Source of the DNA: Planctomycetota bacterium
GTDB taxonomy: Bacteria > Planctomycetota > UBA1135 > UBA2386
Length of the DNA stretch: 64,000 bases
Assembly: GCA_947501605.1 (NCBI GenBank)
Contig: CANMWZ010000015.1
Span: 33,953-97,952 of the forward strand
Reading direction: 5' to 3'
Positions 26,619-36,000 of the stretch are shown here, piece after piece. Below the pieces are notes generated by a model. That model was given only the letters and a program-made list of their open reading frames with translations, was not told the DNA's origin and searched no databases. The stretch's first letter is position 1; every line of letters starts with the position of its first letter. The position numbers and the translations under genes were made by a program.

Positions 26619-28093
26619 GCGAGCGGCGCGCATTGCTGCTGGTGCTCGATGGCGCCGGGTTTCGCACCGACACGCGCGGCAACGCCGTGACCGAGCGGAC
26701 TCTGCCGAGCCTGTTCGCAACGATGCGCGATCAGGGCTTCGCCGTGCTGCAGGCCGCGGGGACCGAGGTCGGCCTCGAACCAGGGCAGGTCGGCAACAGC
26801 GAGGCCGGGCACATGACGATCGGCGCCGGCGAGGTCGTGCCGGCCACGGTGCGGCGCCTTCTACTGGCCTACGACGACGGCTCCTGGCAGCGCGATGCCG
26901 CGTGGCAGCGCATTGCTGCGGCCGGGCCTCTGCACGTGGTGGGACTGCTGTCGGACGCAGGCGTCCACGCGCTCGTGCGCACGATCGTCCACGCCGCGAC
27001 GTTGGCGCAACGGAACGGCTGCAAAGAGATCGTGGTGCACCCAGTGCTCGACGGGGTGGACTCGCTGGCCGGCACAGCCCTGCAACTGCTTGCCGAGCTG
27101 CGGCAGGAGCTCTCGACCTTGCCCGATGTCGCCATCGGCGTGATCCAAGGACGCAAGACGTTCTGTGATCGCAGCGGCGATCTCGCCGTGTCGCAGCGTT
27201 GCGTCGATGCGTGGCTCGGCCGCCTGCCGATGCCGCCCTTTGCCGACGCAACCCTGGCGCATCATCTCGGCACCGGCCAGAGCGAAGCCTCGTTCGCGCC
27301 GCATCTCGACCGCGGCGGCCGCACGATGAGGCCTGGGGAGTCGGTGCTGCTGACCAGCCATCGAGCCGATCGCGCCCGGCAGATCGCGACCGTGTTGCAG
27401 CAGACGCAACCGCTCTGGGCGCTCGTCGATCTTGGAGGTGGCATCACCGCGCAGCATGTGTTCTTCACGACCGTGCGACGCACGCGCGGGCTCGCCCAAG
27501 AACTGCTGCGCCATCGCGTGCCGTCGCTTCGCGTCGCCGAGAAGTGCAAGTTCCCGCACGTGACGCACTTCTTCAACGGCCTCGACGCGGGTTGCGAAGG
27601 CGAAGGCTGCTGCCTGCCAACGATCGCCGATGATCGCATTCCACACGAGCCGCAGATGTCGACCGAGGCAATCACCGACAGCCTGATCGCGGCCCTCGCT
27701 GATCCCGCGCGACGCGCGATCGTCGCCAACTTTGCGAACCTCGACCAGGTCGGTCACCTCGGCCAACTCGGGCTCGCGGAGCGTGCCGCCGCGAGCGTTG
27801 ACCGCTGCTACCAGCGCTTGCTCGCTGCGGCCCGGCAGCACAGCGTGTCGCTGCTGGTGACCGCCGACCACGGCAACGCCGAGGTCATGGAAGACGCCGA
27901 CGGCAAGCCGTTCGGCTCGCACACCGAGGCGCCGGTGCCGTTCTTCATCGCGCCGGCGAACGGCCTCACCGTCAACTGGCGGGCGCGGGAGGGCTCGCTC
28001 GCCAACGTCGCGGCGACCTTCCTCGATGCGATCGGACTGCCGGCGCCGGACTGGATGCAGCCTGGCTGCGCCACCCTGCGTGGGCGCTCGTGA
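26615..28093 (+). CDS. gpmI: 2,3-bisphosphoglycerate-independent phosphoglycerate mutase-like protein (divergent)
   Basis: VLDG, GNSEAGH, RADRARQ, HVTHFFNG, NFANLDQVGH, TADHGNAE; some substrate-binding motifs altered. Confidence 0.75.
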   Translation: MSERRALLLVLDGAGFRTDTRGNAVTERTLPSLFATMRDQGFAVLQAAGTEVGLEPGQVGNSEAGHMTIGAGEVVPATVRRLLLAYDDGSWQRDAAWQRIAAAGPLHVVGLLSDAGVHALVRTIVHAATLAQRNGCKEIVVHPVLDGVDSLAGTALQLLAELRQELSTLPDVAIGVIQGRKTFCDRSGDLAVSQRCVDAWLGRLPMPPFADATLAHHLGTGQSEASFAPHLDRGGRTMRPGESVLLTSHRADRARQIATVLQQTQPLWALVDLGGGITAQHVFFTTVRRTRGLAQELLRHRVPSLRVAEKCKFPHVTHFFNGLDAGCEGEGCCLPTIADDRIPHEPQMSTEAITDSLIAALADPARRAIVANFANLDQVGHLGQLGLAERAAASVDRCYQRLLAAARQHSVSLLVTADHGNAEVMEDADGKPFGSHTEAPVPFFIAPANGLTVNWRAREGSLANVAATFLDAIGLPAPDWMQPGCATLRGRS

Positions 28094-28124
28094 GCGGTTG
28101 TATCCCTTTGGCCCACGGTCGCTG

Positions 28125-28967
28125 TCACTTGCGCCGACGGTCGCTCTTGTCGTCGCTATCGGACTTGCTACCGCCGGCCTTCTTGTTGTTGCCCGCCTGC
28201 GGCAGCGGATTGCGATCGAGCCACGCCTTGGCCTCCGGCAGCGTGCTGAAGCGCTGCCCGGTGATCGCAAACACCGCCTCCTTCACCTTGCTCCGCCACA
28301 CCGACCACGACTTCCATCGTGCTTCCCAATACTCCTTTGGCGGATTCTCAGCATGGTCGACGTTGGACGGCACCGGCTCGTCCAAGTGACGCAGCAACAG
28401 CGGCAGCGCTGCCGCTTCGGCCTTGGCCATCGCGAGGTCGAGTACCGCCTCCTGAAGCGGCACGCGCTCGACGGTGAAGTCGCGCTCGAACAGCGGCTCC
28501 AGGCTTTTCCACTGGCGGCTGTCGTAGTCGCAACGCGACAGGCCGCGAACCAACTCGGCCGCTACGGCCGACTGCTCGGTCACCTTCGGCTTCGCCAGCA
28601 ACTTCTCGATCGCCGCACTCGCTGCCGCAGCCGGCTGATTGGCGATCAGTTCTGCTGCACGTTTGCGCAACACTATCGACTTCTCCGTCTCGACCAGCTT
28701 CGCCAACGGTGCGACCAGGGACGCGTGGGTGCCCTCCGCCAGCGCCTCGAGCGCGCGCGACTTGGTCGCCATCGACGTCGCACCCTTCAGCGTCTTGGCA
28801 AACGCATCGAGCGCGGCCTTGGCCTGCTCGTCGTCCCACGCGACAGCCGGTCGCGCGGTTGTGCCTTCGGCTGCCACAGCAGGTGCGGCGTTGCCAGGGT
28901 CCTGGCCCGTGGCGGGCGGAGCCGGATCCTGGGCCGCGAACAGGCTGGTCAGCAACCAAGCGAGCAT
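28125..28967 (-). CDS. Secreted HEAT-repeat protein
   Basis: Signal peptide, helical repeats, C-terminal AVFAITGQRF...AKAWL. Confidence 0.65.
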   Translation of the reverse strand: MLAWLLTSLFAAQDPAPPATGQDPGNAAPAVAAEGTTARPAVAWDDEQAKAALDAFAKTLKGATSMATKSRALEALAEGTHASLVAPLAKLVETEKSIVLRKRAAELIANQPAAAASAAIEKLLAKPKVTEQSAVAAELVRGLSRCDYDSRQWKSLEPLFERDFTVERVPLQEAVLDLAMAKAEAAALPLLLRHLDEPVPSNVDHAENPPKEYWEARWKSWSVWRSKVKEAVFAITGQRFSTLPEAKAWLDRNPLPQAGNNKKAGGSKSDSDDKSDRRRK

Positions 28968-28998
28968 TGGTAGAGTCTATGCCGACGCCGTTGCGCCG

Positions 28999-30717
28999 TC
29001 ACTCCACGTGGATGTGGCGACCACCATTCTCGTTTGCCAGCGCCTTCAAGAACTCGGTGTCGTTCTGCGCGCCGAAGGTGATGCAGTGGATCGCGATGCG
29101 GCGCAGGTTGTTGGTCTCACGCACTCGGCGGCGGATCTCGTCCTTGTCGACCACCGCCCCGGCAGTCGGCGCCCCATCGCTGATGACGTAGAGGGTGTCG
29201 AACCCGGCGGCGTAGTACTTGTCGTGCAAGCCGCGGCCACCGAAGTCGAGCGCCTTGTCGAGGGCACCGTAGAGATTGGTCGCTCCGCTCGGCCGCAGTG
29301 AGTCGAGAAAGCTGCCGAGCAAGTCATCGCGCGTCTCGTCATCGAGCTTGACCAAGGCCGGTCGATTGCCTTCTTGCCGCCAGACGCGCACGTCATCGCC
29401 GAACACCACGACGTTGACCAAGGCGCCGTCGGGCAGCGACACGATGAGCTTCTTCAGCTCGCTCACGACCACCGCGACCTTGGTTGTGGCGACGCCTTTG
29501 CCAGCCGCGGTCGTGTGCGTCTGCAGGGTGATGGGCTCGGCCATCGAGCCGCTGAAGTCGAGCACGAACAACACGCGATCGGACTCGACCTCGAGGTCGA
29601 AGAACTTCTCGTACGGATCGGCCACGGCCCGTTCCCCACCGGGAGCGACTTTCGGGCGCACCGCGAAGGTCGGCCCTTCCTTCAGCCAGAACTCCCGCCA
29701 CGGCGCGATGCCGCCGCGCACCACCTGCTGGCCCGTGAGGCCTTCGAGCAGCTTGTGCAGTCGCACGTCCATTGCCCACGGGTCCTTCTTCCGCGTGAGC
29801 TCGGCGTCGAGGCCGTTGATCAACGCCGGAACCACGGGCTTGCACTTCATGTTGGCCAAAGCAAAGGCCGCGGCGTTGCGAACCTGCCACACAGGATCGC
29901 GGACCAGCAGTTCTTCGAGCTTCTGGATCGAGCCATCGCGCAGCTGCAGCGTGTCTGTCGACGGTTGTTGGCCCAGGGTCTCGTCGACATGCGGCTGCAA
30001 GGCGGCGCCCAGTGCGTTGCATACAGCAATGCGCACGTTGGGCTCGGCATCGCGCAGGAGATCCTGCAGCGTCGGCACGAGGTCGACCGTCGGGTCCTTG
30101 GCCATCGCGTTGACGGCGACCACGCGCAACTCCGTCGGCATCGTCTTGCAAGCGCGCACGAGTTCGACCTGAGCCTCGAGACTCGGATGACCACCGAGGA
30201 CGCGCAGACACACGGCGGCGTTCTTCTGATCCGCCGAGGGCTTCTGTGCCCGCAGCGAAGGCGAGCTCAGCATCTGCAGCAACCACGCGAGCACATCATC
30301 ACCGCGCATGGTGCGCAGGTGCTTCTGCGCCATGCCCTGCACGCGCCACGGTTGCAGTTCGCGCTGCTGATCGACGAGTTCGGTCGAGGACTTCGCGGCG
30401 CCCGGCTTCGGTTCGACCCCGGCGACCTCGAACAGCAACTTCGCCGCCGGCAGCGTGTCGATCGCAGCGACGTCCGACAAGCGCTGTTCGAGGATCGCGA
30501 TCGCATCCGCGTCGACGTGGTCCAGCTTGACCAAGCGGATCGCGCCTTTGCGATAGTCATCGAGCCACGTGCGCAAGGCGGCGAGCGATGCCCCCTGCGC
30601 AGCCAGCGCGGTCGACGCTGCCCCCCGGTTGCCGTCTGCGTGCCGCGGCTCTTGTGCAAGCACAGAACCAGCCGCCAAGTTCACGACCAGCCACGGCACG
30701 AGGATCACGGTGCGCAT
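28999..30717 (-). CDS. Secreted HEAT-repeat and von Willebrand factor A domain protein
   Basis: Signal peptide; HEAT repeats (DAEPNVRIAVCNALG, DPVWQVRNAAAFALA); MIDAS DFSGS, GATNLYGAL, ISDGAPT, LKALANENGG. Confidence 0.85.
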   Translation of the reverse strand: MRTVILVPWLVVNLAAGSVLAQEPRHADGNRGAASTALAAQGASLAALRTWLDDYRKGAIRLVKLDHVDADAIAILEQRLSDVAAIDTLPAAKLLFEVAGVEPKPGAAKSSTELVDQQRELQPWRVQGMAQKHLRTMRGDDVLAWLLQMLSSPSLRAQKPSADQKNAAVCLRVLGGHPSLEAQVELVRACKTMPTELRVVAVNAMAKDPTVDLVPTLQDLLRDAEPNVRIAVCNALGAALQPHVDETLGQQPSTDTLQLRDGSIQKLEELLVRDPVWQVRNAAAFALANMKCKPVVPALINGLDAELTRKKDPWAMDVRLHKLLEGLTGQQVVRGGIAPWREFWLKEGPTFAVRPKVAPGGERAVADPYEKFFDLEVESDRVLFVLDFSGSMAEPITLQTHTTAAGKGVATTKVAVVVSELKKLIVSLPDGALVNVVVFGDDVRVWRQEGNRPALVKLDDETRDDLLGSFLDSLRPSGATNLYGALDKALDFGGRGLHDKYYAAGFDTLYVISDGAPTAGAVVDKDEIRRRVRETNNLRRIAIHCITFGAQNDTEFLKALANENGGRHIHVE

Positions 30718-30793
30718 CGACGCACGCATACGGGCTGGCCCGCCAACGGGGAAGGGCCCCGACGCGGTTCGCAGCGGCTCGCCTGGCTCGGGC

Positions 30794-32368
30794 CTATTCG
30801 CGCGCCACGTCCACCATGGCGTGATCGAGTTCGAGCAGCAGCTTGTTGTAGGCCTCGTCGTCGATCGAACCGGCGTCGCGCAAGCGCAGCAGCGCGGTCT
30901 CCTGAGATGCTGCCACGGCCGTGCGCACGTCGCGCGACACCGCGAGCCGTTGCGCCGCGCGCATGCGCTCGGCCTCGTCATCGGCCTTCAGCGACGCCAG
31001 TTCGTCGGCCATCGATTCGCGAAACCGGTGAACCGCGACCGGGCAACTGTGCTCGTTGCAGAAGGCGTCGAGGCGGGCAATGCCGGCCTGCAGCAGCCGT
31101 TCGCGCGCGGCGCGCATTTCGTGTGCGGTCGTGCCGTCGTCGCGCAGACCGAGCAGCCGTACCAACGGGAACAGCGTGCCGCCTTGCAGCACGAGGGTGA
31201 CCAGGATCACCGCCAAGGTGCAGGCGACGATCTCGTCGCGACCGGGGAACGGACCACCAGCCGGCGTCCACATCGGGATCGCCAGCGCCGCCGCCAGCGA
31301 CACCGCGCCGCGCACGCCGCACCACGACACCAACATCACGCCCCCCGGCTTGGGATATCCACCTTCGCGCTGCCTCAGAGTCGCCGACAGTCGCAAGGGC
31401 AGGTAGGCACTCGGCCAGCAACACAGGATCCTCGTAGCGATTGCCGCCGCACTGACCGCAAGACCCGCCTGCCAGAGTCCGCCGCCGCGATGCGCCGCTT
31501 CGCTGATCAGGCACGGCGACCGCAGCCCGATGTAGAGAAAGCACAGCCCGTTCAACAAGAAGGTCAGTTGCGCCCACGAGGCTCGCAAGCTGAGTCGCGC
31601 CGCTGGGGCGATGACGTGGACGCGCCATGCAACCACGGCGCCCGCTACGACGACGGCCAGCACCCCGGACACTTGCAGCACGGACGCCGTCGCGAACGCA
31701 AGGTACGGAGCCAGCAGCGATACGGTGAACGCGACCGCGGGATCGCGCACGTAACGGTTCGCCAACGTGAACACGAACCCGAACACAAACCCCAGCGCGA
31801 TGCCAATGCCCGCAACCCAGGCAAACTGCGTCGCGACTGAGGTCCAGGAGAACACGCCTTGCAACGCCACGACGACGCCGATCTGCACGCCGACGAGACC
31901 GGTTGCGTCGTTGACGAGACTCTCGCCGCCGAGGATCGCCGTCATGCGCCTGGGCACGCGAAGGCGCTCGAGCACGGACTGCACGGCCACGGTGTCGGTC
32001 GGCGACACCACCGCACCGAGGATGAAGCACGCGGTCCACGGCAACTCGGGCAGGAACCACTTCGCCACTACGGCCACGGTGACGATGGTCACGGCGACGA
32101 GTCCGACCGCGAGCATCAGAATCGGTCGCAACCAACGCCGGAAGTCGCGCCACGAGGTCTGCCACGCATCGGCGTAGAGCAAGGGGGGCAAGAAGCCAGC
32201 GAGGATCAGCTCAGGCTCGAGCGGCAGTTCGCGCACCGACGGCACGAAGGTGAGACCGACACCGGCCAGCGCCAGCGCGAGCGGTTGCGGCAGTCGCAAT
32301 CGCGGCGCCAGCATGGTCACAACGGCCAAGGTGCCGAGCACGAGGGTCAGGGCTTGCAGCGTGTCCAT
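30794..32368 (-). CDS. Na+/H+ antiporter, CPA1 family
   Basis: FLPPLLY, GAVVSPTDTVA, GESLVNDATG, SGVLAVV, GVRGAVSLAAALAIP. Confidence 0.92.
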   Translation of the reverse strand: MDTLQALTLVLGTLAVVTMLAPRLRLPQPLALALAGVGLTFVPSVRELPLEPELILAGFLPPLLYADAWQTSWRDFRRWLRPILMLAVGLVAVTIVTVAVVAKWFLPELPWTACFILGAVVSPTDTVAVQSVLERLRVPRRMTAILGGESLVNDATGLVGVQIGVVVALQGVFSWTSVATQFAWVAGIGIALGFVFGFVFTLANRYVRDPAVAFTVSLLAPYLAFATASVLQVSGVLAVVVAGAVVAWRVHVIAPAARLSLRASWAQLTFLLNGLCFLYIGLRSPCLISEAAHRGGGLWQAGLAVSAAAIATRILCCWPSAYLPLRLSATLRQREGGYPKPGGVMLVSWCGVRGAVSLAAALAIPMWTPAGGPFPGRDEIVACTLAVILVTLVLQGGTLFPLVRLLGLRDDGTTAHEMRAARERLLQAGIARLDAFCNEHSCPVAVHRFRESMADELASLKADDEAERMRAAQRLAVSRDVRTAVAASQETALLRLRDAGSIDDEAYNKLLLELDHAMVDVARE

Positions 32369-32533
32369 CGGTTGGGGCGCGGAGCAGAGCGGAGCAACGA
32401 CCAGAGCGCCAGCGATTGGCCGAACTGGCATCAGCAGACAGCGCGTCAGCCATCGAGCACACCGGCGGTCAAGTCCACTTCGCGAAGACTCGGATCGGCG
32501 CGCAGTTCGCCAGATGTCGCAACGACACCGCCT

Positions 32534-33001
32534 GTGCGCCACAGCACGCGGCTGCGGCAGGCCGCCGCGCTCGCGCCCGCAGCCTTCACCGTTGGTGAGC
32601 GCGGCCCCTCGCTGCGCTCCCCGATCGCAGAAGGCACCCGGCCTGCCGAGGTCGGCGTCTGCGACGTCGGCGCTTGCTCACCCACCTCCGGCGGCGCCAC
32701 CACGGACTGCTGCGCTAGCTGTGGGGAACTGTGCTGCAGCCACTGGGCGGACAAATCGCTAACGAAGCGGGTCCAGCAGCGCCTCGGCAACGCGCGCAAG
32801 GCGAGGCTAGGCACCGAGAACTGGATCGACCGCACCGGTATCTCGGCGACGGGATTGGCGCCCGAGGGTTTGGTGCGCATCGATGGCCTCGACTTCGACG
32901 CGCGCTGTCGCGGGGACTCGATCCCACCGCGCTCGGCAATTCGGGTGGTCGATGTCGCCGCCGACGGCGTTCTCCGGTGCATCGCCGAGGAAGTGTCCTG
33001 A
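32534..33001 (+). CDS. NfeD-like OB-fold protein with Cys-rich N-terminus (start uncertain)
   Basis: C-terminal G..ATGLAPEGLVRIDG..FDARC.G..I.....IRVV resembles the NfeD C-domain. Confidence 0.55.
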   Translation: MRHSTRLRQAAALAPAAFTVGERGPSLRSPIAEGTRPAEVGVCDVGACSPTSGGATTDCCASCGELCCSHWADKSLTKRVQQRLGNARKARLGTENWIDRTGISATGLAPEGLVRIDGLDFDARCRGDSIPPRSAIRVVDVAADGVLRCIAEEVS

Positions 33002-33076
33002 GCGCCGCCTTTCGACTGCAGGATCGCGGCAAGTTCCGCCCGCCGCCAAGCCTGCTCCCTCCGTATCCTGCCGCGC

Positions 33077-36000
33077 ATGTCCTCCTCCCCGCGGCTCCTC
33101 GCCCTGCTGCCGTTCCTGTTCCCGCTCTTTGCCCAGGCCCCGACGACCTCAGCCGGCAACGTCGACTTGCCGCGCTTCCCGTCCCTGAGTCACGACGGCA
33201 CCCGGATTGCCTTCTCGTGGCGCGGCGACCTGTGGACCGTCGCCGCCAGCGGCGGGCAAGCAATGCGACTCACCAGCCATCCTGCCGACGACGGCAAGAG
33301 CGCCTGGCTCGCGGATGACAGCGGGCTCGTGTTCGAGAGCGAACGCCAAGGCGCGCGCAACGTCTGGTTGATCCGCAGAGACGGCACTGGCATGCGGCAG
33401 ATCACGACGCTCGACACCAGCAGCCTGTCGCTCTCGGCGGTCGCCAATAGCCCGCACGGCCTCGCGGTTTACTTCGACGCCAATCTCGAAGGCGACCTGT
33501 TCCGGAGTACGCGACCCTACTACGTCCCGCTGACCGGCGGCGAGCCGGTGCGGACCCACGGCGCCTTCGGGACCGACGCAGCCCCTGACGAGAGTGGCCA
33601 GCGCGTGCTGTTCGAACGCGGTGGCAGTTCGTGGTCGCGGCGGCACTATCGCGGACCAGACCAGCGCGACGTCTGGTTGTTCGATCGTCAGCAGCCCGCA
33701 GCCGCGGCCTTCACGCGACTCACCGAGTGGAATGGCAACGACGGCCACGCCCGCTTCCTGTCTGGCGACACCTTCGTCTTCCTGTCCGATCGCGAGTTCG
33801 ACACCGTCAACCTCTACCGCCAAACTGGGAACGGCGCCGCCGAGCGACTCACCTCGTGGCAGGGCCAGGATCTGAAGGACCTCGCCGTTTCGGGCAATGG
33901 GGCGCTGGCCGCGTTCACCGTGTGGGATCGCCTCTACACGATCTCGCTGCGTCAGAAGTCCGAACCGACACCGATCGCGATCATCGCAACCGAGGACTTC
34001 GGCGACGGCTTCGAACAGAAGGCCATGAACTCGCTGGGCAACGAAGGCGTGCTGAGCCCGGATGGCAAAGTCATGGCTGTCGTCGCCTACGGCGACGTGT
34101 GGATCAAGGGCATCGACAGCAAGCTGCCAGCTCGCCGCGTGACCGAGACGGCGGCGCGCGAGCAGGATGTTGCCTTCAGCGCCGATGGCGAGACGCTCTT
34201 CTTCACCAGCGACCAGAGCGGCAACGAGAGTATCTGGCAGGCGACGGTGACGGCCGTGCGCGACGACGTGAAGAAGAGCTTCGAACTCGCAACCAAACCC
34301 GCAGGCGAAGCCGTGAAGCCCGCTGCGAACCAGGTCGAGACCCAGAACGAGAAGCCAGCGGACAAGCAGAAGGACGACGACGAGCCGGAGGACGAGGTGG
34401 GCGCAGCGGATACCACCGGCAGCGAGGAGCAAAAGAGCGCCAGCAAGAAGGTCGACAAGAAGGACGCGAAGGAAGCACCGAACCGCTGGCTCGAGGCCGT
34501 GAGCTTCGCCGTGACCGAGCTGATCGGCGGCGCCGAGAACGACCGGCAACCGGTGCCCAGCCCCGACGGCAAGCACCTTGCATTCCGCCGTGGCCGCGGC
34601 GACCTCTGCTTGTTCGAACTCGCGACCAAGACTGCAAGAGTGCTCCGTTCGGGTTGGGATCCCTCGATCGAGTACATCTGGAGCCCTGACGCGACGGCGA
34701 TCGCGTTCGCGCAAGACGACATCAACTTCAACAAGGACATCTGGATCGTTCCGGTCGACGGCAGCAAGCCGCCGGTGAACGTGACGCGCCACCCCGACAA
34801 CGACACGCGCCCACGCTTTTCGCACGACGGCAAGGTGCTCGCGTTCTTGTCCGAACGCACCAACGAAGAACTCGACGCGTGGTATGTGTTCCTCGACAAG
34901 TCGCTGGAAACACTCTCGCGCTTCGAACAGGAACAGCACTGGAAGGCCGCCAGCGAAGTGGCGAAGAAGCGCAAGCCGCTGGCCAAGAAGGCGGCGCCAA
35001 AACTCGATGATGCGCCAGCGCCGCCGGCGGTCATGCCCGCATGGGACCTCGCCGATGCCTACCTGCGCGTGCGCCGCATCACCAGCGCGCCTGGCAACGA
35101 GAGCAATCTCGAACTGCTGCCGTCGGGCGATCGCATCCTGATCTCGACCAATGAGGGCCTGCAAACGGTCAGGCTCGACGGCACCGAGACCAAGAAGATC
35201 GCCGGCACGCTACGGGTGATGGGCCTCAGCCTGTCCGGAGACCACGCCTTCGGCATTGCAGCTGGCAAGGCCGCCACGCTTGCGCTCGCCGGCGGCGACA
35301 TGAAGACCGCCGAACTCGACGCCGTGATCCTCGTCGACAAGCAGCAGCGGAACAGCCAGAAGTTCTTGGAGGCAGCACGCGCGCTCGGCGAGGAGTTCTA
35401 CCACCCGACGATGAAGGGCCTCGATTGGCCAGCGCTGACTGCCACCTACCATCAACTGGCGCGGCAAGCGCGCACGGCCGACGAGTTTGACTACGTCGCC
35501 AATCGCTTCCTCGGCGAACTCAATGCCAGTCACCTCGGCATCCGCACGCCGCGGGGTGAGGGCGGTCCGCGACTCCCGCAAGGACGAGTCGGCCTGCAAG
35601 CAGTACCGATCGAGGCCGGCTTCCAGGTCGCGCGCGTGATCGAGCAAATGCCGGCAATGCGAAGCAAGACGCCGCTGCAGCCGGGCGACGTGATCACCGC
35701 TGTCGACTACAAGCCAGTCGCGACGAACGCCACGCTCGAGAGCCACTTCACCGGCCGCAGCAACCGCGAGACCGTGGCCACCGTCGTGCGCACGCTCGCG
35801 GACGGTCGCACGGTCACCTTCGACACCTTTGTGGAGCCGGTCGCGGCCAGCGCGGCGGCCGAGATCGCCTACGAGAATGCGTGGCGAGGCATGGCAGCGA
35901 GAGTCGAGGAGTGGTCTGCCGGTCGACTCGGCTACATCCACATCCAGGGCATGGACCAACCGTCGCTCGACGAATTCGAACGCGGTCTCTATGCCGCCAC

